Assembly (NCBI GenBank): GCA_963829245.1
Contig: CAWHIM010000008.1
Coordinates: 67,452-131,451 of the forward strand
Source of the DNA: an uncultured bacterium
Lineage (GTDB): Bacteria; Desulfobacterota; Deferrimicrobia; Deferrimicrobiales; Deferrimicrobiaceae
Reading direction: 5' to 3'
Length of the DNA stretch: 64,000 nt
The notes below the pieces were generated by a model. It had not been told where the DNA came from, did no database searches, and saw only the letters and a program-made list of their open reading frames with translations. This document shows, piece by piece, positions 56,013 to 64,000 of this stretch. A program made the translations under genes and the position numbers. Position 1 is the stretch's first letter. Each line of letters begins with the position of its first letter.

Positions 56013-56714
56013 TCATTTCGCCGCCGGCGGAGCATACTTTTCCAGCGTTTTTATCAACGTTTCCGCACTCGCGGGCGTTTTGACCTCCTTCCCCGAGAGG
56101 ATGCCGGAGGGACGAACCTCTTCCTTTTCGTAATACGCGGCATTGCTCTTGTCGTCTACCTGCATGGAGGATCCCTCCAGGGAGACACCGGCGAAGAGTC
56201 CACGGCTCCGGGAGTAGGAATAGATCTCCGCCTTCAGCTCGATATCGGTGGCCGCCTTCACCGACCGTCCCACCGGACCTGCCGCCGCTGCCGCCTCGGC
56301 CCCAATGGTGTATTTCCCTTTCATGATGCCCTCGATGCTCCGGGGGGTCTTGAAAACAAGCACGAAGTCGGTGGATTCGGCGCCGATCTGCCACCCGACG
56401 CTGCCGCTCGTCAAGGTGATGAACACCGGCCTGCTCCATGCGCCGCCCTTCCCGCGGACGACGAGGACACCGCGGCCGTACTGTCCTCCCACCACGAACC
56501 CGACCTTGAGGACGTCGGGGATGATGGCGATCCCCTGGGCATCCGCCAGCAAGGCGGGGGGTATCGCCTTCTCGGGAATCTCCATGATCTTCGACAACAC
56601 CTCGGTGGCGGACTCGACCCTTCCCACCTCCTCGCTCGCCGCTATCGAGGATACCGAAGGAAGCGCAAGGAACAGGACAAGGAACACTGGAATCACCCGG
56701 GTGATTCTCGTCAT
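56013..56714 (-). CDS. SYLF (DUF500/Ysc84-like) lipid-binding domain protein, secreted
   Basis: ORF 56013-56876 trimmed to ATG 56714 (SD AGGAGG). Signal peptide. AQGIAIIPDVLKVGFVVGGQYGRGVLV, GSVGWQIGAESTDFVLVF, YSYSRSRGLFAGVSLEGS. Confidence 0.8.
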   Translation of the reverse strand: MTRITRVIPVFLVLFLALPSVSSIAASEEVGRVESATEVLSKIMEIPEKAIPPALLADAQGIAIIPDVLKVGFVVGGQYGRGVLVVRGKGGAWSRPVFITLTSGSVGWQIGAESTDFVLVFKTPRSIEGIMKGKYTIGAEAAAAAGPVGRSVKAATDIELKAEIYSYSRSRGLFAGVSLEGSSMQVDDKSNAAYYEKEEVRPSGILSGKEVKTPASAETLIKTLEKYAPPAAK

Positions 56715-57009
56715 GGCCGTTCTCCTCCTTTCACGCCGGATCACGAACGAACATACGATGAGATTTGCGGATGCCGGGTTCCCATCCCGATGGCCGCTCC
56801 TCCTCGCTCCTATTCCCCTGCCGCTTGTCCACGCGGAAGGAGTCGAAGTGGAACGGTGATTCAGGGGGGGGCACAACGTGTCGTTTGCGCCAGGTTTCGC
56901 TTACTTCCACAGCCGCAGCATGCCGAATTCTTCCGTGAAACCGGTCGGGACGGCAGGATTCGAACCGGCCCCGGTTTCTTGCCGCGGCTCGGAGCATGCA
57001 TTGCCTGCT

Positions 57010-57204
57010 TTATTTCGGTATCACCTTTGAAGTTTCCTTCGCCTCGTCAGCCTCTTTCGCTCCGTCGGCCATGGCCTTCTTGAATTCCCGGATCCCCTTC
57101 CCGAGCCCCGCGCCAAGTTCGGGGAGTTTGCCCGGCCCGAAGAAGATCAGAGCGATAACAAGAATGAACAACACGTGCATGGGTTGGAAAAGACCTTCGA
57201 ACAT
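57010..57204 (-). CDS. tatA: Twin-arginine translocase TatA/TatE-family subunit
   Basis: HVLFILVIALIFFGPGKLPELGAGLGKGIREFKKA. Confidence 0.9.
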   Translation of the reverse strand: MFEGLFQPMHVLFILVIALIFFGPGKLPELGAGLGKGIREFKKAMADGAKEADEAKETSKVIPK

Positions 57205-57279
57205 ATTTCCCCCCTTAATGAAAATCTTTATCCATTCTCCTCTCGGGAGAAATGGAATGTCAAGAGAGAGGAAATCCGA

Positions 57280-57648
57280 CTACACGTCGGTATCCCGCCG
57301 GGATCTTTCCGGCCTCCGAACAATCGGGGGCGTTGGATCCGTGGGTAGACGGTTCAAAACGTCCGCATTCTCCAGACCGGCCGATTGCGCCTTACTGTCC
57401 CGCCACCAAGCCAGGCAGATGGCCGAGGCGCCGACAAGGATCCCGCAGAAAAACCAGGCCATGTCCTCGTCGATGTCCGTATGTCCGGTGATCTGAACCC
57501 CATACCGAAGCGCTTTGGCGGCAACATCGTTCCTGGAGGAGAAATACGCAAGCGCAAGGATGGAGATTCCAAAAGTTAAACCGATCACAAAGGACAGGAC
57601 GACGTTGAAGTGGCGATGGATCCAACGCCGGAACTCCTCCAGCATCAC
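57280..57648 (-). CDS. Hypothetical membrane protein (two TM helices)
   Basis: VVLSFVIGLTFGISILALAYF and AWFFCGILVGASAICLAWW. Upstream of tatA on the same strand. No family recognised. Confidence 0.45.
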   Translation of the reverse strand: MMLEEFRRWIHRHFNVVLSFVIGLTFGISILALAYFSSRNDVAAKALRYGVQITGHTDIDEDMAWFFCGILVGASAICLAWWRDSKAQSAGLENADVLNRLPTDPTPPIVRRPERSRRDTDV

Positions 57649-57843
57649 GGCACCCCCAATCTTTTCCTTCGTTTCCTGTTGAAGACGTAAGATGCGGCCT
57701 GAAGGTTACAATCATTATTTGTTGACCGGTATCGAAATCGGACCCACGAACAGGCGCCATCGGCGTCCACACTTGGCCGGGGTCGGGGCAGGTCAGGCAA
57801 AGCAGGTCAGGCCAAGTTGTGCCTCCTTCGGATCTTTTCTATT

Positions 57844-58852
57844 ATGAGGACCATGCGCCGGAATTGGTTCCCTCTCCTTGGGCTCCTCCTCTTTTTTCCG
57901 TCCCTCGCGACGGCACAGGACCTCTCCCTGCTCGTTGGGGTCACGGAATCCGCGGTCTCGCCCACTTCCGGCCGCGCATGGCAACTGGAGTTCCGGGAAT
58001 CGCTCGGGCGGTATCTTGCCGTCTCCGGATCGTATGTGAACGAGGGGCATATCCAGGGCCACAAACGGGACGGGCTGGCCGCCCAGTTTTGGGGACGCGT
58101 CCCCCTTTTCCGCCAGCGGGTCTCGCTGGACTTCGGCGGGGGGCCTTACCGCTACTTCGACACGCAGGCCGTTGCCGGCAGTGGATACGTCGACGTCAGC
58201 GGGTGGGGGGGGGATCTTCAGCGCATCCGCCACACTCCACACGAAATCCCCCTGGTTCGCCCGGTTCGTGGTGAACCACATCTACGTGCCGAAGAACCTG
58301 GACGCGAACAGCTACGTCCTCGGCGTGGGGTACCACCTCTGGGAGGAAAAGCCGGAGGAACAGGGAAAACCTTGGGAGACGCCCGGGACCGATGAGCAGA
58401 AAGGGAAGATCACAAGCGACGAGATCACGCTCTCCTTCGGGCAGACAGTGGTGAACAGCCTCCAGGACCAGAAAGGATCCGCCGGGGAGATCGAAATCCG
58501 CAAGGGGATCGCGGAGCATATCGACTGGACCATGTCGTGGTTGAACGTGGGCGATGTGCATGTAAACCGCCGGAACGGGCTGGGGACGCAACTCTGGCTG
58601 GTGGACGAATATTTCGATAGCCGCTTCCCCGTCGGCATCGGCGTCGGGCCTGTCTACTTCCTCGATCGCAGGAAAAATCCGGAGGAGGGACAGGGAAACA
58701 CCCGCGACCTGGCGGGTTTGGTGACCCTCTCCGCGGCATATCGCTTCTCGGAGCACTGGTTCACCCGCTTCCACTGGAGTCGGGTGTTCACCTCCAACAA
58801 CACCGACGCCGACCTGTTTCTGGCGGGAATCGGTTACAAATTTCGGGAGTAG
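57844..58852 (+). pseudogene. Outer-membrane beta-barrel protein with two similar halves (possibly acyloxyacyl-hydrolase/PagL-like), frame disrupted in a G9 tract
   Basis: Signal peptide MRTMRRNWFPLLGLLLFFPSLATA. ORF 57817-58395 reads through to YVDVSGWGG; it continues as IFSASATLHTKSPWFARFVVNHIY... in ORF 58172-58852. Ends in ...FLAGIGYKF, a beta-barrel-type terminus. The family call is weak. Confidence 0.55.
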
Positions 58853-59038
58853 CACAACGGGTTCCTCCCGCCAGGACACGATTTCCGGTGAGCGCAATTC
58901 CGACGGAAGAGCGGCCTGCACCTCCCGGATCATAAACATTTTGCCGGATTTCCCGCGCTTCTTCCCAAAGCATGATATTCCCCGAAACCTTTCGGTGACG
59001 AGATTCGCCAAACATATAAATTACCGGGCGGGGGAGAT

Positions 59039-60349
59039 ATGTCCAAACAGCGAAACCCTGAGAATGATTCCCAAAACGACAACATTCCGCCGAATACCGT
59101 GGCGTCATCGGCTCGTACGGAAGCGGCAGACGAGCGGGCGATCCCTGGGAAACGCCTGAAATGGGGATGGGTTGCCGCGCTTGTTCTCTGCATCTTGGTG
59201 CTGGCGGGGTATGTCTTTCTGACAAGATCGGGAAAAGCGCAATCCGGAGCGGACAAAAAAGGAGGGGGAGCCGCGGCTCACAGCATGCCGGTCGCGGCCG
59301 TCCCGGCGAAAAAGGGCGACGTCGCGGTCTATCTTGCCGGCCTCGGAAGCGTTACTCCGAACAACACGGTCACCGTCAGGAGCCGCGTGGACGGGCAGCT
59401 GATGGAAGTCCTGTTCCGCGAAGGGCAGATCGTCCGGAACGGGGAACTTCTGGCCCGCATCGATCCCCGGCCGTTCGAGGCGCAGCTCGCCCAGGTCGAG
59501 GGGCAGCTGGCGCGCGACCAGGCGCTTTTGAAAAACGCCGACCTCGACCTCGCGCGCTACCGCACCCTGCTCCGGCAGGATTCGATCGCAAGCCAGCAGA
59601 TCGACACACAGGAAGCGCTGGTCCGTCAATATGAAGGCACCGTCAAGGCGGACCAGGGGCAGGTCGAAAGCGCCAAGCTTCAGTTGGTCTATTCCCGCAT
59701 CACCGCTCCGATCGGCGGCCGGGTCGGGCTGCGGCTCGTCGACGCGGGGAACATGGTCCACGCGACCGATCCGAACGGGCTGATCGTGATCACGCAGCTC
59801 CAGCCGGTCACGGTCGTCTTCTCCATTCCCGAGGACAGCCTCCCGGGGCTCCTGGCCCGGAGGAAGGGGGGGAAGAAGATTCCCGTGGAGGCATGGGACC
59901 GCGAAGGGAAGCGGAAGATCGCCACCGGTTACCTGTTTACGGTCGACAACCAGATCGACCCGACCACCGGGACGGTCAAGCTCAAGGCGGTCTTTCAGAA
60001 CACCGGCAATGAACTGTTCCCCAACCAGTTCGTCAACGCCCGCCTGCTCATGGACGTCGTTCGCGGGACGGTCGTGGTGCCGGCGGCGGCCATCCAGCGG
60101 AGCACCCGGGGCATCTTCGTCTATGTCGTGAAACCGGACAAGACGGCGGAGATGCGCCCGGTATCCCTGGGGCCGGCCCAGGGCGACGACCAGGCGATCC
60201 GGGAAGGAGTTGCGCCCGGCGAATTGATCGTGGTGGACGGCGCCGACCGCCTGCGGGACGGCGCGAAGGTCGAGCTGCAGACACCCGGTGGGAACGGGCC
60301 GCCGCGGGGAGGGACCGGCGGTCGGCCAGGAGACGGCGGCAAGAAATGA
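59039..60349 (+). CDS. mdtA: MdtA/MuxA-family RND efflux membrane fusion protein
   Basis: [65 protein letters not shown]. Confidence 0.85.
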   Translation: MSKQRNPENDSQNDNIPPNTVASSARTEAADERAIPGKRLKWGWVAALVLCILVLAGYVFLTRSGKAQSGADKKGGGAAAHSMPVAAVPAKKGDVAVYLAGLGSVTPNNTVTVRSRVDGQLMEVLFREGQIVRNGELLARIDPRPFEAQLAQVEGQLARDQALLKNADLDLARYRTLLRQDSIASQQIDTQEALVRQYEGTVKADQGQVESAKLQLVYSRITAPIGGRVGLRLVDAGNMVHATDPNGLIVITQLQPVTVVFSIPEDSLPGLLARRKGGKKIPVEAWDREGKRKIATGYLFTVDNQIDPTTGTVKLKAVFQNTGNELFPNQFVNARLLMDVVRGTVVVPAAAIQRSTRGIFVYVVKPDKTAEMRPVSLGPAQGDDQAIREGVAPGELIVVDGADRLRDGAKVELQTPGGNGPPRGGTGGRPGDGGKK

Positions 60350-63300
60350 ACCTGTCCCGCCAGTTCATCCTGCGGCCGGTGGCGACCACCCTGCTCATGG
60401 CCGCGATCCTTCTGGCCGGCGCCTTGGGATACAAGCAACTGCCGGTATCCGCCCTGCCGCAGGTCGATTATCCCATCATTCAGGTGCTCACGTTCTATCC
60501 CGGCGCCAGCCCGGACGTCATGGCGTCGTCCGTCACGGCTCCGCTGGAGCGGCAGTTCGGCCAGATGCCCGGCCTGCAGCAGATGTCATCCACCAGCTCC
60601 GGCGGCTCTTCGGTCATCACGCTGCAGTTCAGCCTGGACCTCTCCCTCGACGTGGCCGAGCAGGAGGTGCAGGCGGCCATCAACGCGGGCTTCAACTTCC
60701 TGCCGCCGGACCTGCCGAACCCCCCCGTCTACAGCAAGGTGAACCCGGCCGACGCGCCGATCCTGACGCTGGCGCTCACTTCGAAAACCATGACGCTGCC
60801 GCAGGTCGAAGACCTTGCGGATACCCGCCTTGCCCAGAAGATCTCGCAGCTTCCGGGCGTCGGGCTCGTCCGGATCAGCGGCGGACAGCGGCCTGCCGTG
60901 CGGGTCCAGGCCAACCCGACGGCGCTCGCCTCCTACGGCCTGACCCTCGAGGATCTCCGGACGGTGATCGGCGCCGCCAACGTCAACCAGGCGAAGGGCG
61001 GTTTCGACGGTCCGCGGCAGGCCGCCATCATCGGCGCGAACGACCAACTGCTTTCCAGCCGGGAGTACAAGCCGCTGATCCTCGCCTACCGCAACGGCGC
61101 GCCGGTCCGGCTGAGCGACGTGGCCGACGTCGTCGACGACGCCGAGAACGTGAACCAGGCGGCCTGGATGAACGAGTCGCCGGCGGTGATCGTCAACATC
61201 CAGCGGCAGCCGGGCGCCAACGTGATCGAGGTCGTCGACCGCGTCAAGAAACTCATGCCGCAGTTGCGGAGCTCGCTGCCCGCGGCCGTCGAAATCTCCA
61301 TCCTGACCGACCGGACCACGACGATCCGGGCATCGGTCCGGGACGTGCAGATCGAGTTGATGCTGGCCGTCGCGCTGGTCGTGATGGTCATCTTTCTCTT
61401 CCTCCGCAACCTCCCGGCGACGGCCATCCCGAGCATCGCCGTGCCGCTGTCGCTGGTGGGGACGTTCGGCGCGATGTATCTCCTGGGCTTCAGCCTGAAC
61501 AACCTGACGCTCATGGCGCTGACGATCTCGACCGGCTTCGTGGTGGACGACGCCATCGTCATGATCGAGAACGTCGCCCGCTATATCGAGGCGGGCGATC
61601 CCCCGCTCGAGGCGGCGCTGAAAGGATCGGAGCAGATCGGCTTCACGATCCTGTCGCTGACCGTGTCGCTGATCGCCGTGCTGATCCCGCTGCTGTTCAT
61701 GGGCGACGTGGTGGGGCGGCTGTTCCGGGAGTTCGCCGTCACCCTCGGCGTGACGATCCTCCTCTCGGCGGTGGTGTCGCTGACGCTGACGCCGATGATG
61801 TGCGCGAAGCTCCTGAAGCACGTGCCGAAAGAGAAGCAGGGACGCTTCTACCGCGCGTCCCAGCGGGTGTTCGACCGGACGATCGAAGGGTACGGAAAGA
61901 CGCTGAAATGGGTGCTGGGGCACCAGACGGCGACGCTTCTGATCGCCGTGGGGACGCTGGTCTTCACGATCTTCCTGTACATCGTCATCCCGAAGGGCTT
62001 CTTCCCGGTCCAGGACACGGGCGCGATCCTGGGCGTGTCCGAGGCGCCGCAGTCCATTTCGTTCACCGCGATGGCGAAACGGCAGGAGTCGCTGGCCGGG
62101 ATCATCCTCAAGGACCCGGCGGTCGCGAGCTTGTCGTCGTTCATCGGGGTGGACGGGACCAACGCGTCGCTGAACACCGGGCGGATCCTGATCAACCTCA
62201 AGCCACTGGAAGATCGGGACGCCAATGTGACCGAGGTCATCCGTCGCCTGCAGCCGGAGCTGGCGCGGCTCGAAGGCATCACCCTGTTCCTGCAGCCGGT
62301 CCAGGACCTTTCGGTCGAGGACCGCGTGAGCCGGACGCAATACCAGTACACGCTGGAGGATCCCGACCAGGCCGAGCTTTCCCGCCTGGTCCCCCCGCTG
62401 ATCGACCGGCTGCGCGCGCTTCCCGAGCTGCGCGACGTCAGCAGCGATATGCAGAACGAGGGGTTGCGCGCCTCGCTGGAGATCGATCGCGCCACGGCTT
62501 CGCGGTTTGGCATCACGCCCCAGATGATCGACGATACGCTCTACGACGCCTTCGGCCAGCGGCAGGTGTCCACGATCTTCACGCAGCTCAACCAGTACCG
62601 CGTCGTCCTGGGGGTGAAGCCCGACTTTCAGGACAACCCTTCCGATCTCGATGCGATCTATGTCCGCGCCGCGAACGGCGGCCAGGTGCCGCTGGGCGCG
62701 ATCGCGCGATCTTCCGAAACGACGGGGCCGCTCGTCATCAGTCGCCAGGGACAGTTCCCCGTGGTCACGCTTTCGTTCAACCTGGCCCCGGGCGTTTCGC
62801 TGGGACAGGCGTCGAAGGCGATCGAAGGGGTCATGGCGCAAATGAGGCTCCCCGACAGCATCCGGGGCAGCTTTCAGGGAACGGCCGCCGCCTTCCATTC
62901 CTCGCTGTCCAACGAGCCGCTGCTGATCCTGGCGGCGCTGGTGACGGTCTACATCGTGCTGGGGGTGCTGTACGAAAGCTACATCCACCCGGTCACCATC
63001 ATCTCTACGTTGCCGTCGGCCGGCGTCGGGGCGATCCTGGCACTGCTGCTGTGCCGCACGGAGTTCACCGTCATCTCGCTGATCGGGCTCATCCTGCTGA
63101 TCGGCATCGTGAAGAAGAACGCGATCATGATGATCGACTTCGCCCTGGAGGCCGAGCGCAAGGAGGGGAAGGGGCCGGTCGAGGCGATCTACCAGGCGTG
63201 CCTGATCCGCTTCCGTCCGATCATGATGACCACCATGGCGGCGCTTCTGGGCGCGCTGCCGCTGGCGCTGGGGCGCGGGGTGGGGTCGGAGCTTCGGCGT

Positions 63301-63465
63301 CCGCTCGGCATCTCCATCGTGGGAGGGCTCATCCTCAGCCAGGTGCTCACGTTGTACACGACCCCGGTCATCTATATTTGGTTCGACCGCCTGTCGAGGC
63401 GGGTCCGCGGCGTTCCTCCTGGAGAGCATGCGGAGAGCGGCGGCGACAGCGGTGTGGAGACGTAA
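60346..63465 (+). CDS. mdtB: RND multidrug efflux permease MdtB/MuxB
   Basis: Near-colinear with E. coli MdtB from memory ([60 protein letters not shown]). Intact 1039-aa ORF; ATGA overlap with mdtA. Confidence 0.9.
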   Translation: MNLSRQFILRPVATTLLMAAILLAGALGYKQLPVSALPQVDYPIIQVLTFYPGASPDVMASSVTAPLERQFGQMPGLQQMSSTSSGGSSVITLQFSLDLSLDVAEQEVQAAINAGFNFLPPDLPNPPVYSKVNPADAPILTLALTSKTMTLPQVEDLADTRLAQKISQLPGVGLVRISGGQRPAVRVQANPTALASYGLTLEDLRTVIGAANVNQAKGGFDGPRQAAIIGANDQLLSSREYKPLILAYRNGAPVRLSDVADVVDDAENVNQAAWMNESPAVIVNIQRQPGANVIEVVDRVKKLMPQLRSSLPAAVEISILTDRTTTIRASVRDVQIELMLAVALVVMVIFLFLRNLPATAIPSIAVPLSLVGTFGAMYLLGFSLNNLTLMALTISTGFVVDDAIVMIENVARYIEAGDPPLEAALKGSEQIGFTILSLTVSLIAVLIPLLFMGDVVGRLFREFAVTLGVTILLSAVVSLTLTPMMCAKLLKHVPKEKQGRFYRASQRVFDRTIEGYGKTLKWVLGHQTATLLIAVGTLVFTIFLYIVIPKGFFPVQDTGAILGVSEAPQSISFTAMAKRQESLAGIILKDPAVASLSSFIGVDGTNASLNTGRILINLKPLEDRDANVTEVIRRLQPELARLEGITLFLQPVQDLSVEDRVSRTQYQYTLEDPDQAELSRLVPPLIDRLRALPELRDVSSDMQNEGLRASLEIDRATASRFGITPQMIDDTLYDAFGQRQVSTIFTQLNQYRVVLGVKPDFQDNPSDLDAIYVRAANGGQVPLGAIARSSETTGPLVISRQGQFPVVTLSFNLAPGVSLGQASKAIEGVMAQMRLPDSIRGSFQGTAAAFHSSLSNEPLLILAALVTVYIVLGVLYESYIHPVTIISTLPSAGVGAILALLLCRTEFTVISLIGLILLIGIVKKNAIMMIDFALEAERKEGKGPVEAIYQACLIRFRPIMMTTMAALLGALPLALGRGVGSELRRPLGISIVGGLILSQVLTLYTTPVIYIWFDRLSRRVRGVPPGEHAESGGDSGVET

Positions 63466-64000
63466 TTGAACATCTCGGCTCCCTTCATCCGCCGTCCCGT
63501 CGGGACGACGCTTCTGACCGTCGGGCTGGCGCTTGCCGGAGCGATCGCCTACAAGCTCCTCCCCGTGTCGCCGCTTCCCCCGGTCGACTTCCCGACGATC
63601 TCGGTGTCGGCCAACCTTCCGGGGGCGGATCCGGAGACGATGGCGACATCCGTCGCCGCGCCGCTGGAGCGCCAGTTCGCGCGCATCGCGGGCGTGACCG
63701 AGATAACCTCCACCAGCAACCGCGGGTCGACAAGCGTCACGATGCAGTTCGACTTGTCACGCGACATCAACGGCGCCGCCCGCGACGTGCAGGGGGCGAT
63801 CAACGCCGCACGGGGATATCTTCCCGCGAATCTGCCGAGCAACCCGACCTACCGGAAGGTCAACCCGGCGGACGCCCCCATCATGATCCTGTCCCTGACG
63901 TCGAACGCGGTCGGCACGGAGAAGATGTACGACGCGGCCTCCACCATCCTGGCCCAGAAGCTCTCCCAGGTGGAAGGGATCGGGCAGGTGTTCGTCGGCG
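63466..64000 (+). CDS. mdtC: RND multidrug efflux permease MdtC/MuxC, N-terminal part (runs off the right edge)
   Basis: Not in the ORF track (edge-truncated; TTG start 63466 directly after the mdtB TAA). Hand translation: [76 protein letters not shown]... Confidence 0.8.
   Translation, partial: MNISAPFIRRPVGTTLLTVGLALAGAIAYKLLPVSPLPPVDFPTISVSANLPGADPETMATSVAAPLERQFARIAGVTEITSTSNRGSTSVTMQFDLSRDINGAARDVQGAINAARGYLPANLPSNPTYRKVNPADAPIMILSLTSNAVGTEKMYDAASTILAQKLSQVEGIGQVFVG

Noticed and set aside
56930-57030. A complete tRNA gene downstream of tatA.
   Set aside because: Only a T-arm and acceptor-like 3' segment can be folded. There is no complementary 5' acceptor strand, D-arm or anticodon arm, and the required 5' part would overlap the tatA coding sequence.
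40064-58213. Programmed ribosomal frameshifting as the explanation for the ten frame disruptions.
   Set aside because: The disruptions go in both directions and lack a shared slippery heptamer or a downstream structure. They hit unrelated housekeeping genes, and seven of the ten sit in plain homopolymers. Sequence error, or less likely decay, is more parsimonious.
60586-63429. 947-aa minus-strand ORF opposite mdtB.
   Set aside because: It is the antisense shadow of an RND permease that is near-colinear with E. coli MdtB. The translation is Arg/Asp/Gly/His-rich.

Overview
This is a densely coding, high-G+C (by eye) chromosomal segment from a diderm bacterium. HdrA/Qmo-type modules, a 2-oxoacid:ferredoxin oxidoreductase, cytochrome bd and a DUF134/NifX-like pair suggest an anaerobe or microaerophile of the Desulfobacterota/deltaproteobacterial type; this is inference only. 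I support about 60 protein genes. I saw no rRNA, intact tRNA, CRISPR array, transposase, integrase or phage genes.

Gene blocks, left to right:
- mlaEFDCA phospholipid-transport operon (minus strand, visibly AT-richer).
- A DedA-PAP2-LssY fusion gene bracketed by a pair of ~165-bp inverted repeats.
- A sugar-phosphate block: pgi, P3A-type H+-ATPase, zwf, usp, tkt, rpiB.
- A GH144-like glucanase and a Cys-phosphatase, then korAB and malic enzyme.
- A short PAS gene diverging from DUF134 and a NifX-like gene; a crotonase and a usp.
- An 8-gene ArsR-TusA-MvhD-HdrA(GltD insert)-HdrA-wHTH-QmoC-like-DsrE operon.
- A detoxification-type set: FMN reductase, MBL, NmrA, DJ-1, DoxX.
- cydAB, lgt, emrAB, a GH15 glucoamylase, tauE/DUF1634, an SDR, a ~900-aa M16 peptidase, a SYLF protein, tatA, an outer-membrane beta-barrel and mdtABC.

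The headline candidate for an undescribed system is the Hdr/Qmo-like operon at 27.2-34.7 kb. It is membrane-anchored, carries an NAD(P)H-type module inserted into HdrA, and is wired to TusA/DsrE sulfur carriers. No Apr/Sat/Dsr or HdrB/C partner lies in the window.

Other leads:
- A repeated 5' leader-like element upstream of mlaE and pgi.
- An MlaF with a degenerate GGDEF-like domain.
- An unexplained 515-bp convergent intergenic region with terminal inverted repeats.

Major caveat: ten frame disruptions cluster between 40.0 and 58.3 kb, seven of them at homopolymers. They look like sequence or assembly errors, so the pseudogene calls there need read-level confirmation. All product calls rest on motif recognition from memory, not on database searches.
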